Source: an uncultured phage cr111_1. Taken from it: DNA of 40,000 bases. Positions 9,623 to 18,172 of the stretch are shown in pieces (the stretch's first letter is position 1; each line of letters starts with the position of its first letter). The notes beneath the pieces are model-generated. The model saw nothing but the letters and a program-made list of their open reading frames with translations, ran no database searches and was not told where the DNA came from. The translations under genes and the position numbers were made by a program. The stretch lies in sequence record MT774387.1; one strand, 5' to 3'.

Positions 9623-9639
9623 TTTATCTTTTAGTATTC

Positions 9640-10140
9640 CTAATAATCTATTGTATACTTGTCAATCCATTTTCTTACCATTGGATGGTCAGCATTGGGA
9701 TTACCCATTGCAAGAGTAGTTAGGGCATCAAATGCCAGACGCCTACTATTGAGTGTAAGGTTGTCTATAAGTTTATCTTTGTCTTCTGGTAACCCTATAT
9801 ATTTTAAGGTACGAAGATACTTACTAACCTTTTCCTGGAGTCTCATTTTGGTTCTGTTTCTCCTTTTGGCAGCACTATTCCAAGCTTCCTTCCATCCTCC
9901 AAGAGGACCTATGAGCTTACCAGGTATTCTCTTGTAATCCAGGTGTGCAAAAACCACGTCTACAAACCGTGCAGGATGAGGACAATACTTATACATTATA
10001 TGCTCAAAATAGTTCCAGTTACCCACATAATGATTGAAGGCTTTGAGTACTCCATTTTCCCTGAGATAGAACTTGAACAATGCAAGCCCTTCCTCTATTT
10101 CTTCATGCTTGGGAGGCCTACTCCTCTCTTTGATATTCAT
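9640..10140 (-). CDS. Hypothetical protein
   Basis: 166 aa ORF, collinear. Confidence 0.55.
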   Translation of the reverse strand: MNIKERSRPPKHEEIEEGLALFKFYLRENGVLKAFNHYVGNWNYFEHIMYKYCPHPARFVDVVFAHLDYKRIPGKLIGPLGGWKEAWNSAAKRRNRTKMRLQEKVSKYLRTLKYIGLPEDKDKLIDNLTLNSRRLAFDALTTLAMGNPNADHPMVRKWIDKYTIDY

Positions 10141-10549
10141 CGTCCCAATCCGGATGATTCTTGAGTAACCACCTGCAACAGCTCACCACAATCAGATGAG
10201 AAATACCTACTGCTGTAATTAATCCTATCACTACCCAATGCCAGGAAGGTAATACAGCCCAAGAGCTAATATAGATAATGTAAAGGAAGATAGCTATCCA
10301 TGTGGTACTACAATAGATACAATACCCCAAAGGATATGCAATCCACCCAATGACAGGCCACCACTTAAGATTGTATCCTTCCTCACTGGCCTCTTTAGGC
10401 CATTCCATACAGAATCTTGCATTGTCCACCCATCTTGACAGGACTACATATATGGGGTTAAGAATCATATCTTTCCCCTTGAGACAATTCCTATAGAAAA
10501 GTCCCAGAAGGCCTGCTACGAGGCCAATGAATAAGAATTCACCAATCAT
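10118..10549 (-). CDS. Small membrane protein
   Basis: 143 aa, several hydrophobic segments and a conserved-looking GYCIYCSTTW motif. Confidence 0.55.
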   Translation of the reverse strand: MIGEFLFIGLVAGLLGLFYRNCLKGKDMILNPIYVVLSRWVDNARFCMEWPKEASEEGYNLKWWPVIGWIAYPLGYCIYCSTTWIAIFLYIIYISSWAVLPSWHWVVIGLITAVGISHLIVVSCCRWLLKNHPDWDDEYQREE

Positions 10550-10591
10550 TGTGTTTTTCCTTGTTTATTCTCCTTTGATTTTTAGCTCCGA

Positions 10592-11416
10592 TTAAAGAGG
10601 AGCCATAGTGCAGTTAGCAGGGATTTCCATCTCTTTACTCCAGTCTTTGTAAGAGTCTGTGAAAACTACATGGTCATAGGTTTTACTCAGATTAAGGATT
10701 CCTAGAGGATTCACCATATGAACTACATGAATATCCAGAGAAGCCTGGGGATACTCTTTTCTCAGAAGCTCTGCTATTCCCATGAAAGTACCCCCTCTAT
10801 CACAGAGATCATCTATCACAATAATATTATCAGCCTTTTTGAAATTATAGTCTCCAATTTCTCTTTGAATAGTGAAGCCTTTCAGTTCTCCTGTTTCAGG
10901 GTCCCTTGTCTTAGAACAGACAATCTTGGGATTGTTTCTGTAAAGACTTGTGTATCTTTCAGAAGCCCCCTCATCGGGAAAACAGATTACTTTCTTGCTA
11001 CTAAGCCAAGGGTTAAGTAATACATTTTGACTGTTATTGATAAGAGACACAGCTCTTTCTGAATGAGCTTCATGAAGATTCACTTTAGTAGGATGGATGC
11101 TGTTGATAGCATTTGCCACTATCTCCAGACTGAAAGCTTCATTGAAGCTCATCACTCTATCCATTCTGGCACTCATCAGATATCTGATAGTAAGACTGAA
11201 TGGTACTCCCTGTCTATTGAGAATATTTCCTACCTGCAACAGTACGAAGAGGTCATTAGGATTAGCTATTCTACACACTACATGTGCAGCATACTTCCTA
11301 TTGATTTCCCCAAGTACTATATGAGGTTCTCCATCAGGAAATGTAGTGAGAGTATAGGGAACCCCTGGAGCTTCCTTATTTGTTAGATTGATTAAGTTCA
11401 TCTCTGTTAATTTCAA
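10592..11416 (-). CDS. Ribose-phosphate pyrophosphokinase-like (PRPP synthetase family; could alternatively be an ADP-ribose pyrophosphate synthetase-type enzyme)
   Basis: PRPP loop NIIVIDDLCDRGGTFMGIAELL; FPDGEPHI and EAHSERAV motifs. Confidence 0.8.
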   Translation of the reverse strand: MKLTEMNLINLTNKEAPGVPYTLTTFPDGEPHIVLGEINRKYAAHVVCRIANPNDLFVLLQVGNILNRQGVPFSLTIRYLMSARMDRVMSFNEAFSLEIVANAINSIHPTKVNLHEAHSERAVSLINNSQNVLLNPWLSSKKVICFPDEGASERYTSLYRNNPKIVCSKTRDPETGELKGFTIQREIGDYNFKKADNIIVIDDLCDRGGTFMGIAELLRKEYPQASLDIHVVHMVNPLGILNLSKTYDHVVFTDSYKDWSKEMEIPANCTMAPL

Positions 11417-11807
11417 TTAGGTTAAGTACAGAGTTCAGAGTATCAGCTGCCTCTTGAAGACCAGCCCTGTCATCCAACAATATGTTGTAATAAGGTTTTC
11501 TGGTATTCATAATAGGGCTTTCATTGATGTAGTCTACCCTGATTCCAAAGTGAAGACAATAGTCCTTCATCCATTGCAAACACTTCTCATCCTCATTGGA
11601 TGTGAAAAGAACCATAATGAAGTCCTCTTCTGAACATCTTTTGAGTAAGTCGATAGTATCCTTGACATCAAGACCTGAGTTATGATAGTCAAAGATAGTA
11701 TTGTCGAAGTCAAAAGCTATAACCAGTTTTCTGTACTTTTGATACTCTTCCCAGAGTCTCTGAGTAGCAGAAGGCTGGGTATAGGCTACACTAAGAGAGG
11801 CTTTCAT
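11376..11807 (-). CDS. HAD-superfamily hydrolase/phosphatase
   Basis: LVIAFDFDNTIFDYH (DxDxT motif I), VLFTSNED (motif II), NILLDDRAG (motif IV). Confidence 0.75.
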   Translation of the reverse strand: MKASLSVAYTQPSATQRLWEEYQKYRKLVIAFDFDNTIFDYHNSGLDVKDTIDLLKRCSEEDFIMVLFTSNEDEKCLQWMKDYCLHFGIRVDYINESPIMNTRKPYYNILLDDRAGLQEAADTLNSVLNLIEINRDELNQSNK

Positions 11808-13287
11808 CTACTCTTTTTCTGATTTCTTCGAGAGAGTGTCTTACTACCAGTTCTCCATTGATGAATACAGTCTCCAGTTGGTTGTCTATATCCTCTTCCT
11901 CTTTGGTTACTTGGTCAGTAGCTACATATTTGCCATCTACCAAATTCACTTTGATAAGGCCTTTGAGAGATTTCTTTACACCATCATCAGTCTTGGGGTC
12001 TTTAAAGATTTCTCTGCCTTCACCATTTACCTGACACCAGGTAGCTTTCATAGCAAATCCCAGAGAATCTCTCGACTTATACTGATAAGTGTAGGACCCT
12101 ACCCCAAGTACAAGATTAGTGGCCGCAAAACCCTTTGCTTCTAATCTGCTGTAGATAGTCTTCTGTCTTTCCAGAGTGATACTGTCCCCATATATCATAC
12201 CTACATGAGAGTCCAAGACCTTGTATCCTTTTTCATTGATAGTACCTCCGAAAGTGTCCCAAAGACACTCATATGCCCCTTTTCTGATATATTCAGGCAG
12301 AGCAGAATATTCCTCAAGGCTGTAATCCCGAGGGTCTACACCACAGATAATATCCTCAGGAACCCCTGAATCAGGTCTGATGATTACTCTACCTTCTCTT
12401 GCAAGAATGTCCTCTTTCAGTCTGGGTACATAATCAGTGATTACCTGCCAGAAGTCCCAAGTGTCAGACACTATAGAGATAAATCCCTTAGGATAAACCT
12501 CTGTAATGAGTCTTCTGAAAGTCTCGAACTCATCCTCTTTACCACCAGCACACATTACAGAGTGCTCAGTTGCAGGCACAGTAGCTGCAATCAGCTCCTT
12601 ATCAGCATCTGCGAAATAGTACTCCTCCAGGGCTTCAATGGCAGGAATGGTTTCAGAACCTACGAATGAAGTAAGATGAGCCATACCTGACATAATTGCT
12701 GCTTCTACACCTGCCATTCCTCTCATTGAGAAATCATGTACCATGAATCCCAAGAAGTCATTCTCGAAGCCAGTCTTCTTTGCATGTCTCAGCAGCTCTT
12801 TCTTGTAGAGTCTTGCTGAGGTTGCGGAAGTCATAGGCAACCAGAGAGAAGTAGAAATGAGTGTCTCCAGATAATTAGTCAACCAGAAGAACTCAGGCAT
12901 AGTGTTGATGAGAGTCAATGCAGGAACTCTGATAGGGCACAAAGAACCTTCAGGAAGAGCCTTTATACAAATAGGAAGATAACCTAAATCATGTAAGGCC
13001 TCGATGTGTTCTGTTCCTACTTGATTATCACCAAGGAAAGTATCAACTCTTCGTTTGAAGTTGTGAACTGCTTGGTGCTTAGGCACATTGAAGAATTCTT
13101 CGTTCATTCTCCTTATCAAATACTCCTTTATGAAGTATTGAATACCGAAGACTACCACTCCCTCTTCCGCCTCAGGGAAATAGGAACAACTCCGAGGAGT
13201 CCAGTTGGAATAAACAAACTGAGTTCCCTCAGGGTACTGTCTTCTGTGATCCAGCTTATAACCATCGGTCAATAAGATAGCATCCAC
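11791..13287 (-). CDS. Nicotinamide phosphoribosyltransferase-like protein (NAMPT/NadV family)
   Basis: ILLTDGYKLDHRRQYPEGTQFVYSNWTPR, DFSMRGM, VSDTWDFWQ, IIRPDSG. Likely GTG start at 13287; track ORF extends to 13407. Confidence 0.88.
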   Translation of the reverse strand: MDAILLTDGYKLDHRRQYPEGTQFVYSNWTPRSCSYFPEAEEGVVVFGIQYFIKEYLIRRMNEEFFNVPKHQAVHNFKRRVDTFLGDNQVGTEHIEALHDLGYLPICIKALPEGSLCPIRVPALTLINTMPEFFWLTNYLETLISTSLWLPMTSATSARLYKKELLRHAKKTGFENDFLGFMVHDFSMRGMAGVEAAIMSGMAHLTSFVGSETIPAIEALEEYYFADADKELIAATVPATEHSVMCAGGKEDEFETFRRLITEVYPKGFISIVSDTWDFWQVITDYVPRLKEDILAREGRVIIRPDSGVPEDIICGVDPRDYSLEEYSALPEYIRKGAYECLWDTFGGTINEKGYKVLDSHVGMIYGDSITLERQKTIYSRLEAKGFAATNLVLGVGSYTYQYKSRDSLGFAMKATWCQVNGEGREIFKDPKTDDGVKKSLKGLIKVNLVDGKYVATDQVTKEEEDIDNQLETVFINGELVVRHSLEEIRKRVDESLS

Positions 13288-13340
13288 TTGTTTTTTTTTG
13301 TTTAATACTAAGTTATTTTTTATACTTTCTGCAAATACTG

Positions 13341-13571
13341 TTATCTGATCAGTATAAGTAGAAAGTAAACAATGCAGATATGAATTCCTTTCTCCTCTCT
13401 CAGCCACTCTTGAAGCTCTTCCTGGTAGGGACAGTCATAGATACGTGTCTCTCCACTTATAGTCTCAAAAGCTTGATTTGGGGTAACAATCACAGGTCCT
13501 TTTGTGGTAATGGTCATTCCATACCCCTTTGCAGCTGCTAATTTAGCTGTTTCTAACCTAATTCTTTTCAT
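13341..13571 (-). CDS. Small hypothetical protein
   Basis: 76 aa ORF collinear with neighbours. Confidence 0.4.
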   Translation of the reverse strand: MKRIRLETAKLAAAKGYGMTITTKGPVIVTPNQAFETISGETRIYDCPYQEELQEWLREEKGIHICIVYFLLILIR

Positions 13572-13815
13572 GATAAACCCATTTGTGAGTTGTATCGGAG
13601 CCTTTTATAGTATATACCTTCTCAAGTTTCCCCTCCTCATAGGCTCTCATGTACATGTTACATATCAGATTGCTTTTGGCAAAAGCCACTATCGCTATAA
13701 GCATACTAATGTATACTATAGATATGAAAACTTTACTAGAAAAATCTCTCTGATCCTCCATAGTTCCAATCCAGACAACTGTTAGAACTATAACTATCCA
13801 AAATAAATATCCCAT
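13558..13815 (-). CDS. Small membrane protein
   Basis: 85 aa with N-terminal and central hydrophobic segments. Confidence 0.45.
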   Translation of the reverse strand: MGYLFWIVIVLTVVWIGTMEDQRDFSSKVFISIVYISMLIAIVAFAKSNLICNMYMRAYEEGKLEKVYTIKGSDTTHKWVYHEKN

Positions 13816-13975
13816 TTCATTTTGTTTTAAGAATACAATATAAACCTTTTAACTATAGGCCCTAAAATAAAAACTACATTAGAAGTAGGAGTGTTCCTGC
13901 GATAATAGCTATTACTAAAAATCCTATTCCTAATATTTGATACTCTTTAATTTCTTCCATATATAATATAAAAAT

Positions 13976-14390
13976 CCTACTCTCTTTACTAAGTCATTGA
14001 GTAGGTTCGAACTCCAGCTTATTAGATTCAGGCAAGATTTACTTAGTATAACTTAAGCCTCTGAAGCAAACGGTGACTATAGGAGCGATCAAATTCCTAT
14101 AGTCTGTACTACACGAGAAAGTGTAGCGATGCAAAAATCTCCTCTCTTACCAAGTCATTGAGGAGATGTAATGACTCTCAAGTATGCAAGTAGTAGTTTA
14201 CCTGTTATTATCAGGCACTTCAGCCTGTTTATTACTACAGATATAGGTCGTTGGAACCTATTAGAAACATATCTCTATTTATTATTCTACTTCACTTGGT
14301 CTTTTACTTAAGCCTGAAAGCCCATTTCGCTAACATTTTCCTGGTTTATACCAGTATTTCTTGTTGTTATTGAACTTAATCTTCATATCT
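13976..14390. ncRNA. Structured non-coding region with at least five hairpins, two sharing a conserved loop
   Basis: No ORF. CCTACTC-TCTTTACTAAGTCATT-GAGTAGG (13976..14005), GACTATAGGA-N10-TCCTATAGTC (14075..14104), CTACAC-GAGAAA-GTGTAG (14109..14126), ATCTCCTC-TCTTACCAAGTCATT-GAGGAGAT (14137..14167), ATAGGT-CGTTGGA-ACCTAT. Strand unknown. Confidence 0.4.
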
Positions 14391-14401
14391 TCTTTACTTA
14401 A

Positions 14402-14626
14402 TTACAATTCTTTAAACTCTTCCTCAAGCTGTTTCTTCTCACCTGTTAGCAGTGTAGTTAAGGCTTTTCTAAGTTTGTCTGATACTGATATTTGTATAGC
14501 TGTTTTATCACGTGGATTACAGAGGAGGCGGTGATTTTCTGCAGTTTCTAAGAGGTATACTATATGCTCTACCTCTTTAATCTCTTCTAAAAGTTCTGTA
14601 GCTTTAGCGTATGTTTCCAGATTCAT
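14402..14626 (-). CDS. Small hypothetical protein
   Basis: 74 aa, coiled-coil-like. Confidence 0.4.
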   Translation of the reverse strand: MNLETYAKATELLEEIKEVEHIVYLLETAENHRLLCNPRDKTAIQISVSDKLRKALTTLLTGEKKQLEEEFKEL

Positions 14627-14756
14627 TGTACAATGCTATAAAAGTATTCAAAAAGTTGTTCTTCTGTATATAGAGATCTAACAGCTTTCCTACTTCAGCC
14701 TCCTTCTTATGCTCAGTCTTTAACTGATCTTGAAGCGCGTCGTATAATTTGCTCAT
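14604..14756 (-). CDS. Small hypothetical protein (50 aa), not in ORF track
   Basis: Manual translation MSKLYDALQDQLKTEHKKEAEVGKLLDLYIQKNNFLNTFIALYNESGNIR*; overlaps start of the next gene as in tight phage gene pairs. Confidence 0.4.
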   Translation of the reverse strand: MSKLYDALQDQLKTEHKKEAEVGKLLDLYIQKNNFLNTFIALYNESGNIR

Positions 14757-15028
14757 ATGTAGTTCAATATTGTTAGTTAAAAATTACCCACTCCAGCATT
14801 TTCCAACTGGTATATCTCAAGACCTGTAATCTATAGTAGAAGAACTCTCTCTCTGATATAATCTACAATACTTAACATCTGTGGAATCAGATTTTACTCC
14901 TGTTCCAGTACTGAATAGCCTCTTCCTTAGTTGATTTGTACACAATCAGAGCTAAAGTCATCTACGTTCGTGTAATAAGCAAGTAGTAAGTATCTTCGAA
15001 AGTGGGTAATTATGAAAGGAGATAGTTA

Positions 15029-15277
15029 TTACCAAGGCTGTTTCAGAATTATCTCTCCGTTGAAAGGTACCACGGATGAGATGGTATATTCCTGAGTATT
15101 TCCTAAAGTTCCAAGAACATTGGAGTGGATTAATACACCTTCGACATAGTTCTTCTCCCTGTTTATAAAGTAACAGAGAAGTATTTGCCTGGGTTGATCA
15201 GGGCGAAAAAAGAGAGTTCCTTTCTCAATAGCAGGAACCTCTTCTCTTTCCTGAATAATAGTGGAAGCTGCTTTCAT
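15029..15277 (-). CDS. Small hypothetical protein
   Basis: 82 aa ORF directly after a strong minus-strand terminator. Confidence 0.5.
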   Translation of the reverse strand: MKAASTIIQEREEVPAIEKGTLFFRPDQPRQILLCYFINREKNYVEGVLIHSNVLGTLGNTQEYTISSVVPFNGEIILKQPW

Positions 15278-15294
15278 TGATGTTGGTTTTTAAT

Positions 15295-15331
15295 AAAAAG
15301 GGTAGAGGAAATATCGACCTTTCCTCTACCC
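15295..15331 (-). terminator. Rho-independent terminator downstream of the TROVE/Ro60 gene
   Basis: 12-bp perfect stem GGGTAGAGGAAA...TTTCCTCTACCC followed on the minus strand by a T-run. Confidence 0.85.
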
Positions 15332-15429
15332 CATACACTGATTCACTAATGGGAGCCTTCAGCTCAACCAGATAAGCAGCTCCTCCTCCGGACTTTGATT
15401 TTTTTTTGATTTGGTTGATTGAGTGTGAA

Positions 15430-17088
15430 TCAGATTTCTATGGCCTCTATCTCCTTAATGAGAGCATCGAAGCCTTTGCAGTTCGAGGTAATTACACTGA
15501 AGATGTTCGAAGACCATCCTGCAATGTTGAGAATCCTCTGGCTCTTGTGGAACACAGAGTTTCCCTTGGTCTGTCTCAGATTGACCACGATGGTATTGCA
15601 GAAGGGATTAATCTTCTTGAACTCTTTGAAGAGTTCTACGAAGGTGGCACTTCTCTCTCCATAGCTTCTGCCATACCAGGGAGTGTCTCCTTTCTCTCCG
15701 AGCTGACAATCAGAAAAGACAATAAGATTGTCAATCTTGGTCTTATTCTTGATTGCATCTCTGAGGAAATCATACATTCCCTGTTCAGTGTTTGTACCAC
15801 ACTTTGCACCTTCAGCAAATGAATATTTGTTGAAGGCGAGAAGTCCCATATCTCTCTTGATGGGTACAGGAATAAGCCTGTCTCCGAACAGTCCAATGAA
15901 TACATTGCTCTGTCTGAAGGCCATCATAGAGCCAAAGAGATTGCCAATCATGGCTGAAGTTACCTTCGAGAATGCAGATACTCTCGAAGAACCATCTGCA
16001 TCTCCTCTCACTGAACCAGAGTGGTCAATGAGAATAGCACAGTTTCCTTCCAGCTCAGGGATATTCTGAACTGAGTACAGAAGAGCCTCCTCAAGAGCTT
16101 CAAGAAGCATCTGCTTCTTATCTTCGAACTCTACGGAACTTTTGTACCTCCGGTTTCTCTTGTCATCTTCGAACTGAATGACAGTACCCTTGGCTGTCTC
16201 CTTATTGTAAGGAATAGTCTCTACTTCAGAATATGCTGTTGCAAATCTGAAGGGAAGCTGCTTGGACTTAAGCACTTTCTCCTTGATGGTGAGCTGTCTG
16301 CACACCTCCTCTACACTGTCAGGAGCATAGAGAAGAATGTTGCGGAGATTTCTCAGCAGGGACATATAAGGAGCTCCCTGGGGATTGGCCAGTACCTCAT
16401 TGATAGCATCAGCCTTCAGCTCCTCTTTGTCTTCCTCACTCTGAGCGGTCTGTCCAGCTTTGGACATGGTTTTCTCGAAAGTGGTGGAAGAGTAGAGACC
16501 TGAAAGAGACATGCCCTTGAGGAGTCTGTCATATGCCTCCTTATTCTTCTGAGTAGGCTGAGGATGAAAGAGATTCACCAGGTCTACCATAGTAATCTCT
16601 TTCTTTTTCATCTTGTACTTATCAATCTGATAAGGGTCCAGTCTCTCAAGAACTGCCTTGAAGCCTTTCTTGATTGCATTGGAAATCTTTCTCAGCTTGG
16701 GAAGAGAGTTGAGATGCTGATATGCACCAAGAATCTCAGTCATATCATCAGGTCTTACAACAATCTTGTTGAAGAACCTCTTGGCCCACTCTGCACCTCT
16801 TGCATTGCCAGCTACAATAGCTGCCAGGAGATGAGTTACAGAGCGCAGATTACCCTCTTTCCTTGCATAGAGAGCCAATTTTGCTACGAAGAGAGGGTCC
16901 AGCTTCTTAGCAAGTTCAGTGATTTTCTTGGTCTCTTCTTTCTCTGTCTCATAGTAAGCACCCTGCAGGAATGTGGTCATGACAGTAGAGACGAGAACCT
17001 CTTTGTCAGTAAGCTGAAATGCTTTTTCTCCCATTTCATTCACTACCGTAGGCTGTACCGGAGTTTTGGTTTTGTTGTACTTACTCAT
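15430..17088 (-). CDS. TROVE-domain protein (Ro60/Rsr homologue) with C-terminal vWA domain
   Basis: FLQGAYYETEKEE...FVAKLALYARKEGNLRSVTHLLAA (HEAT-like TROVE ring) and NCAILIDHSGSV MIDAS-like motif. Likely start MSKYNKTKTP at 17088. Confidence 0.88.
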   Translation of the reverse strand: MSKYNKTKTPVQPTVVNEMGEKAFQLTDKEVLVSTVMTTFLQGAYYETEKEETKKITELAKKLDPLFVAKLALYARKEGNLRSVTHLLAAIVAGNARGAEWAKRFFNKIVVRPDDMTEILGAYQHLNSLPKLRKISNAIKKGFKAVLERLDPYQIDKYKMKKKEITMVDLVNLFHPQPTQKNKEAYDRLLKGMSLSGLYSSTTFEKTMSKAGQTAQSEEDKEELKADAINEVLANPQGAPYMSLLRNLRNILLYAPDSVEEVCRQLTIKEKVLKSKQLPFRFATAYSEVETIPYNKETAKGTVIQFEDDKRNRRYKSSVEFEDKKQMLLEALEEALLYSVQNIPELEGNCAILIDHSGSVRGDADGSSRVSAFSKVTSAMIGNLFGSMMAFRQSNVFIGLFGDRLIPVPIKRDMGLLAFNKYSFAEGAKCGTNTEQGMYDFLRDAIKNKTKIDNLIVFSDCQLGEKGDTPWYGRSYGERSATFVELFKEFKKINPFCNTIVVNLRQTKGNSVFHKSQRILNIAGWSSNIFSVITSNCKGFDALIKEIEAIEI

Positions 17089-17105
17089 ATCATGAATGGT
17101 TTGTG

Positions 17106-17363
17106 TTATAACTTTTGTTTTAATCTTACTTCCCCATCGTATAGTCTGCATAAACAGGGAAGGAAAGTGTTAGTCATGCCATAGTAGTTGGCAGTATCCT
17201 TGGCTGGACATACGAGAATTACATCAAACATGATGCCCTCTTGGGAGTGTTCAACATGAGTCACCATCCAGATATCCATACCTGAGCTCATATGTAGGAT
17301 GAGACTCCCTGGCTCAACCCTTTGACCTCCACTTGTGGGAAGAGCAATAGTTTCTACTTTCAT
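17106..17363 (-). CDS. Small hypothetical protein
   Basis: 85 aa ORF between a terminator and the TROVE gene. Confidence 0.5.
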   Translation of the reverse strand: MKVETIALPTSGGQRVEPGSLILHMSSGMDIWMVTHVEHSQEGIMFDVILVCPAKDTANYYGMTNTFLPCLCRLYDGEVRLKQKL

Positions 17364-17391
17364 ATCTTTTAATTTTAGATTGTGGACTTAT

Positions 17392-17428
17392 AAAAAAAAG
17401 TAGGGTGAAGAATAGCTCTCCGCCCTAC
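17392..17428 (-). terminator. Rho-independent terminator ending the upstream non-coding transcript
   Basis: Minus strand GTAGGGCGGAGAGCTATTCTTCACCCTAC followed by TTTTTTTT. Confidence 0.8.
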
Positions 17429-17431
17429 CCC

Positions 17432-18098
17432 ATAAACAATGAACAAAGAAAATCAAAAGCCAGTTAAGCTCTTTGGTCTGTGAAGGGATTCGAACCCTCT
17501 AATACCATGGCTTATACCATGAGTTATGCCTATTAACCTCTCTACAGACACCTGTGTCTCCTCTGCCAATTAGGCTTACCAAGTGAGGAGTTGACCATAA
17601 CACAATCTATCCATTAATGGATAACCATACCCTTTTGGTCTATCGATGGTATGGATTTATCAGGGGCTCACTATATCCCCCGGGAATAATATCCCACTGG
17701 ACACCACTCCAGCTTACTGTTTAACCCTCAATCTGCAGCTTGAGTTATCAGTGGTGTAGGTAGCTCAAAGTAATTCAATATGTGTTTATCTTTTGCTAAA
17801 TTCGATGTAACACATATATCACTATTGAGCTAACTGTAGACTATCTTGCAACAGGATTATTTTGAATCTTCAAAAGGCAGCAGTGCTTGATAGTCTATGA
17901 GAGTACCTGACTCCTGTACCTAATTTCTTAGGCCTTGGCAGTGAATAATTTGCACCAGATTCTTCATCAGTCAGGTATAGTGATACTCAAGTTAACCAGA
18001 GCAGCGCTCTATTGTGCTTCCTTTTGCCGGCCAGGCGTCCACTGGTAGTTAATTTGAGTATATAGAAAGAAGAAGAGATAAGTTTCAAGAGCCTTTTG
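17432..18098 (-). ncRNA. Candidate large structured ncRNA (about 650-750 nt) upstream of the TROVE/Ro60 gene
   Basis: No plausible ORF. Many stems on the minus strand: TAGACTATC/GATAGTCTA, TTTTGAA-GA-TTCAAAA, CCTAA-GAAA-TTAGG, ACACCACT/AGTGGTGT, CTCAA/TTGAG, CCATACC/GGTATGG, ATCCATTAATGGAT. Followed by a terminator. Confidence 0.45.
17478..17551 (-). ncRNA. tRNA-like element with non-canonical 6-nt anticodon-type loop
   Basis: Minus strand GTCTGTAGAGAGG...CATGG-TATAAG-CCATG...GAGGG-TTCGAAT-CCCTTCACAGAC: acceptor and T arm are good, but the anticodon loop is 6 nt and the D loop oversized. Confidence 0.45.
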
Positions 18099-18100
18099 GC

Positions 18101-18172
18101 TGAATTTACCAGAGTTGAACTGGTTACCCTTTGTCCCAAATACAAATGCTCTACCCAATGAGCTAAAATTCG
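18101..18172 (-). tRNA. tRNA-Gln(TTG)-like
   Basis: TAGCTCATTGGGTAGAGCA D arm, TTTGT-ATTTGGG-ACAAA anticodon arm, ACCAG-TTCAACT-CTGGT T arm; acceptor terminal pair mismatched. Confidence 0.6.

Noticed and set aside
13816-15028. CRISPR array
   Set aside because: Repeated loops differ in flanks and spacing; only two copies, with inverted-repeat stems instead of direct repeats and spacers.
17900-18000. Hammerhead ribozyme (CTGATGAAG on the minus strand)
   Set aside because: The CTGATGA string is present but no properly placed GAAA and three-stem arrangement could be found.
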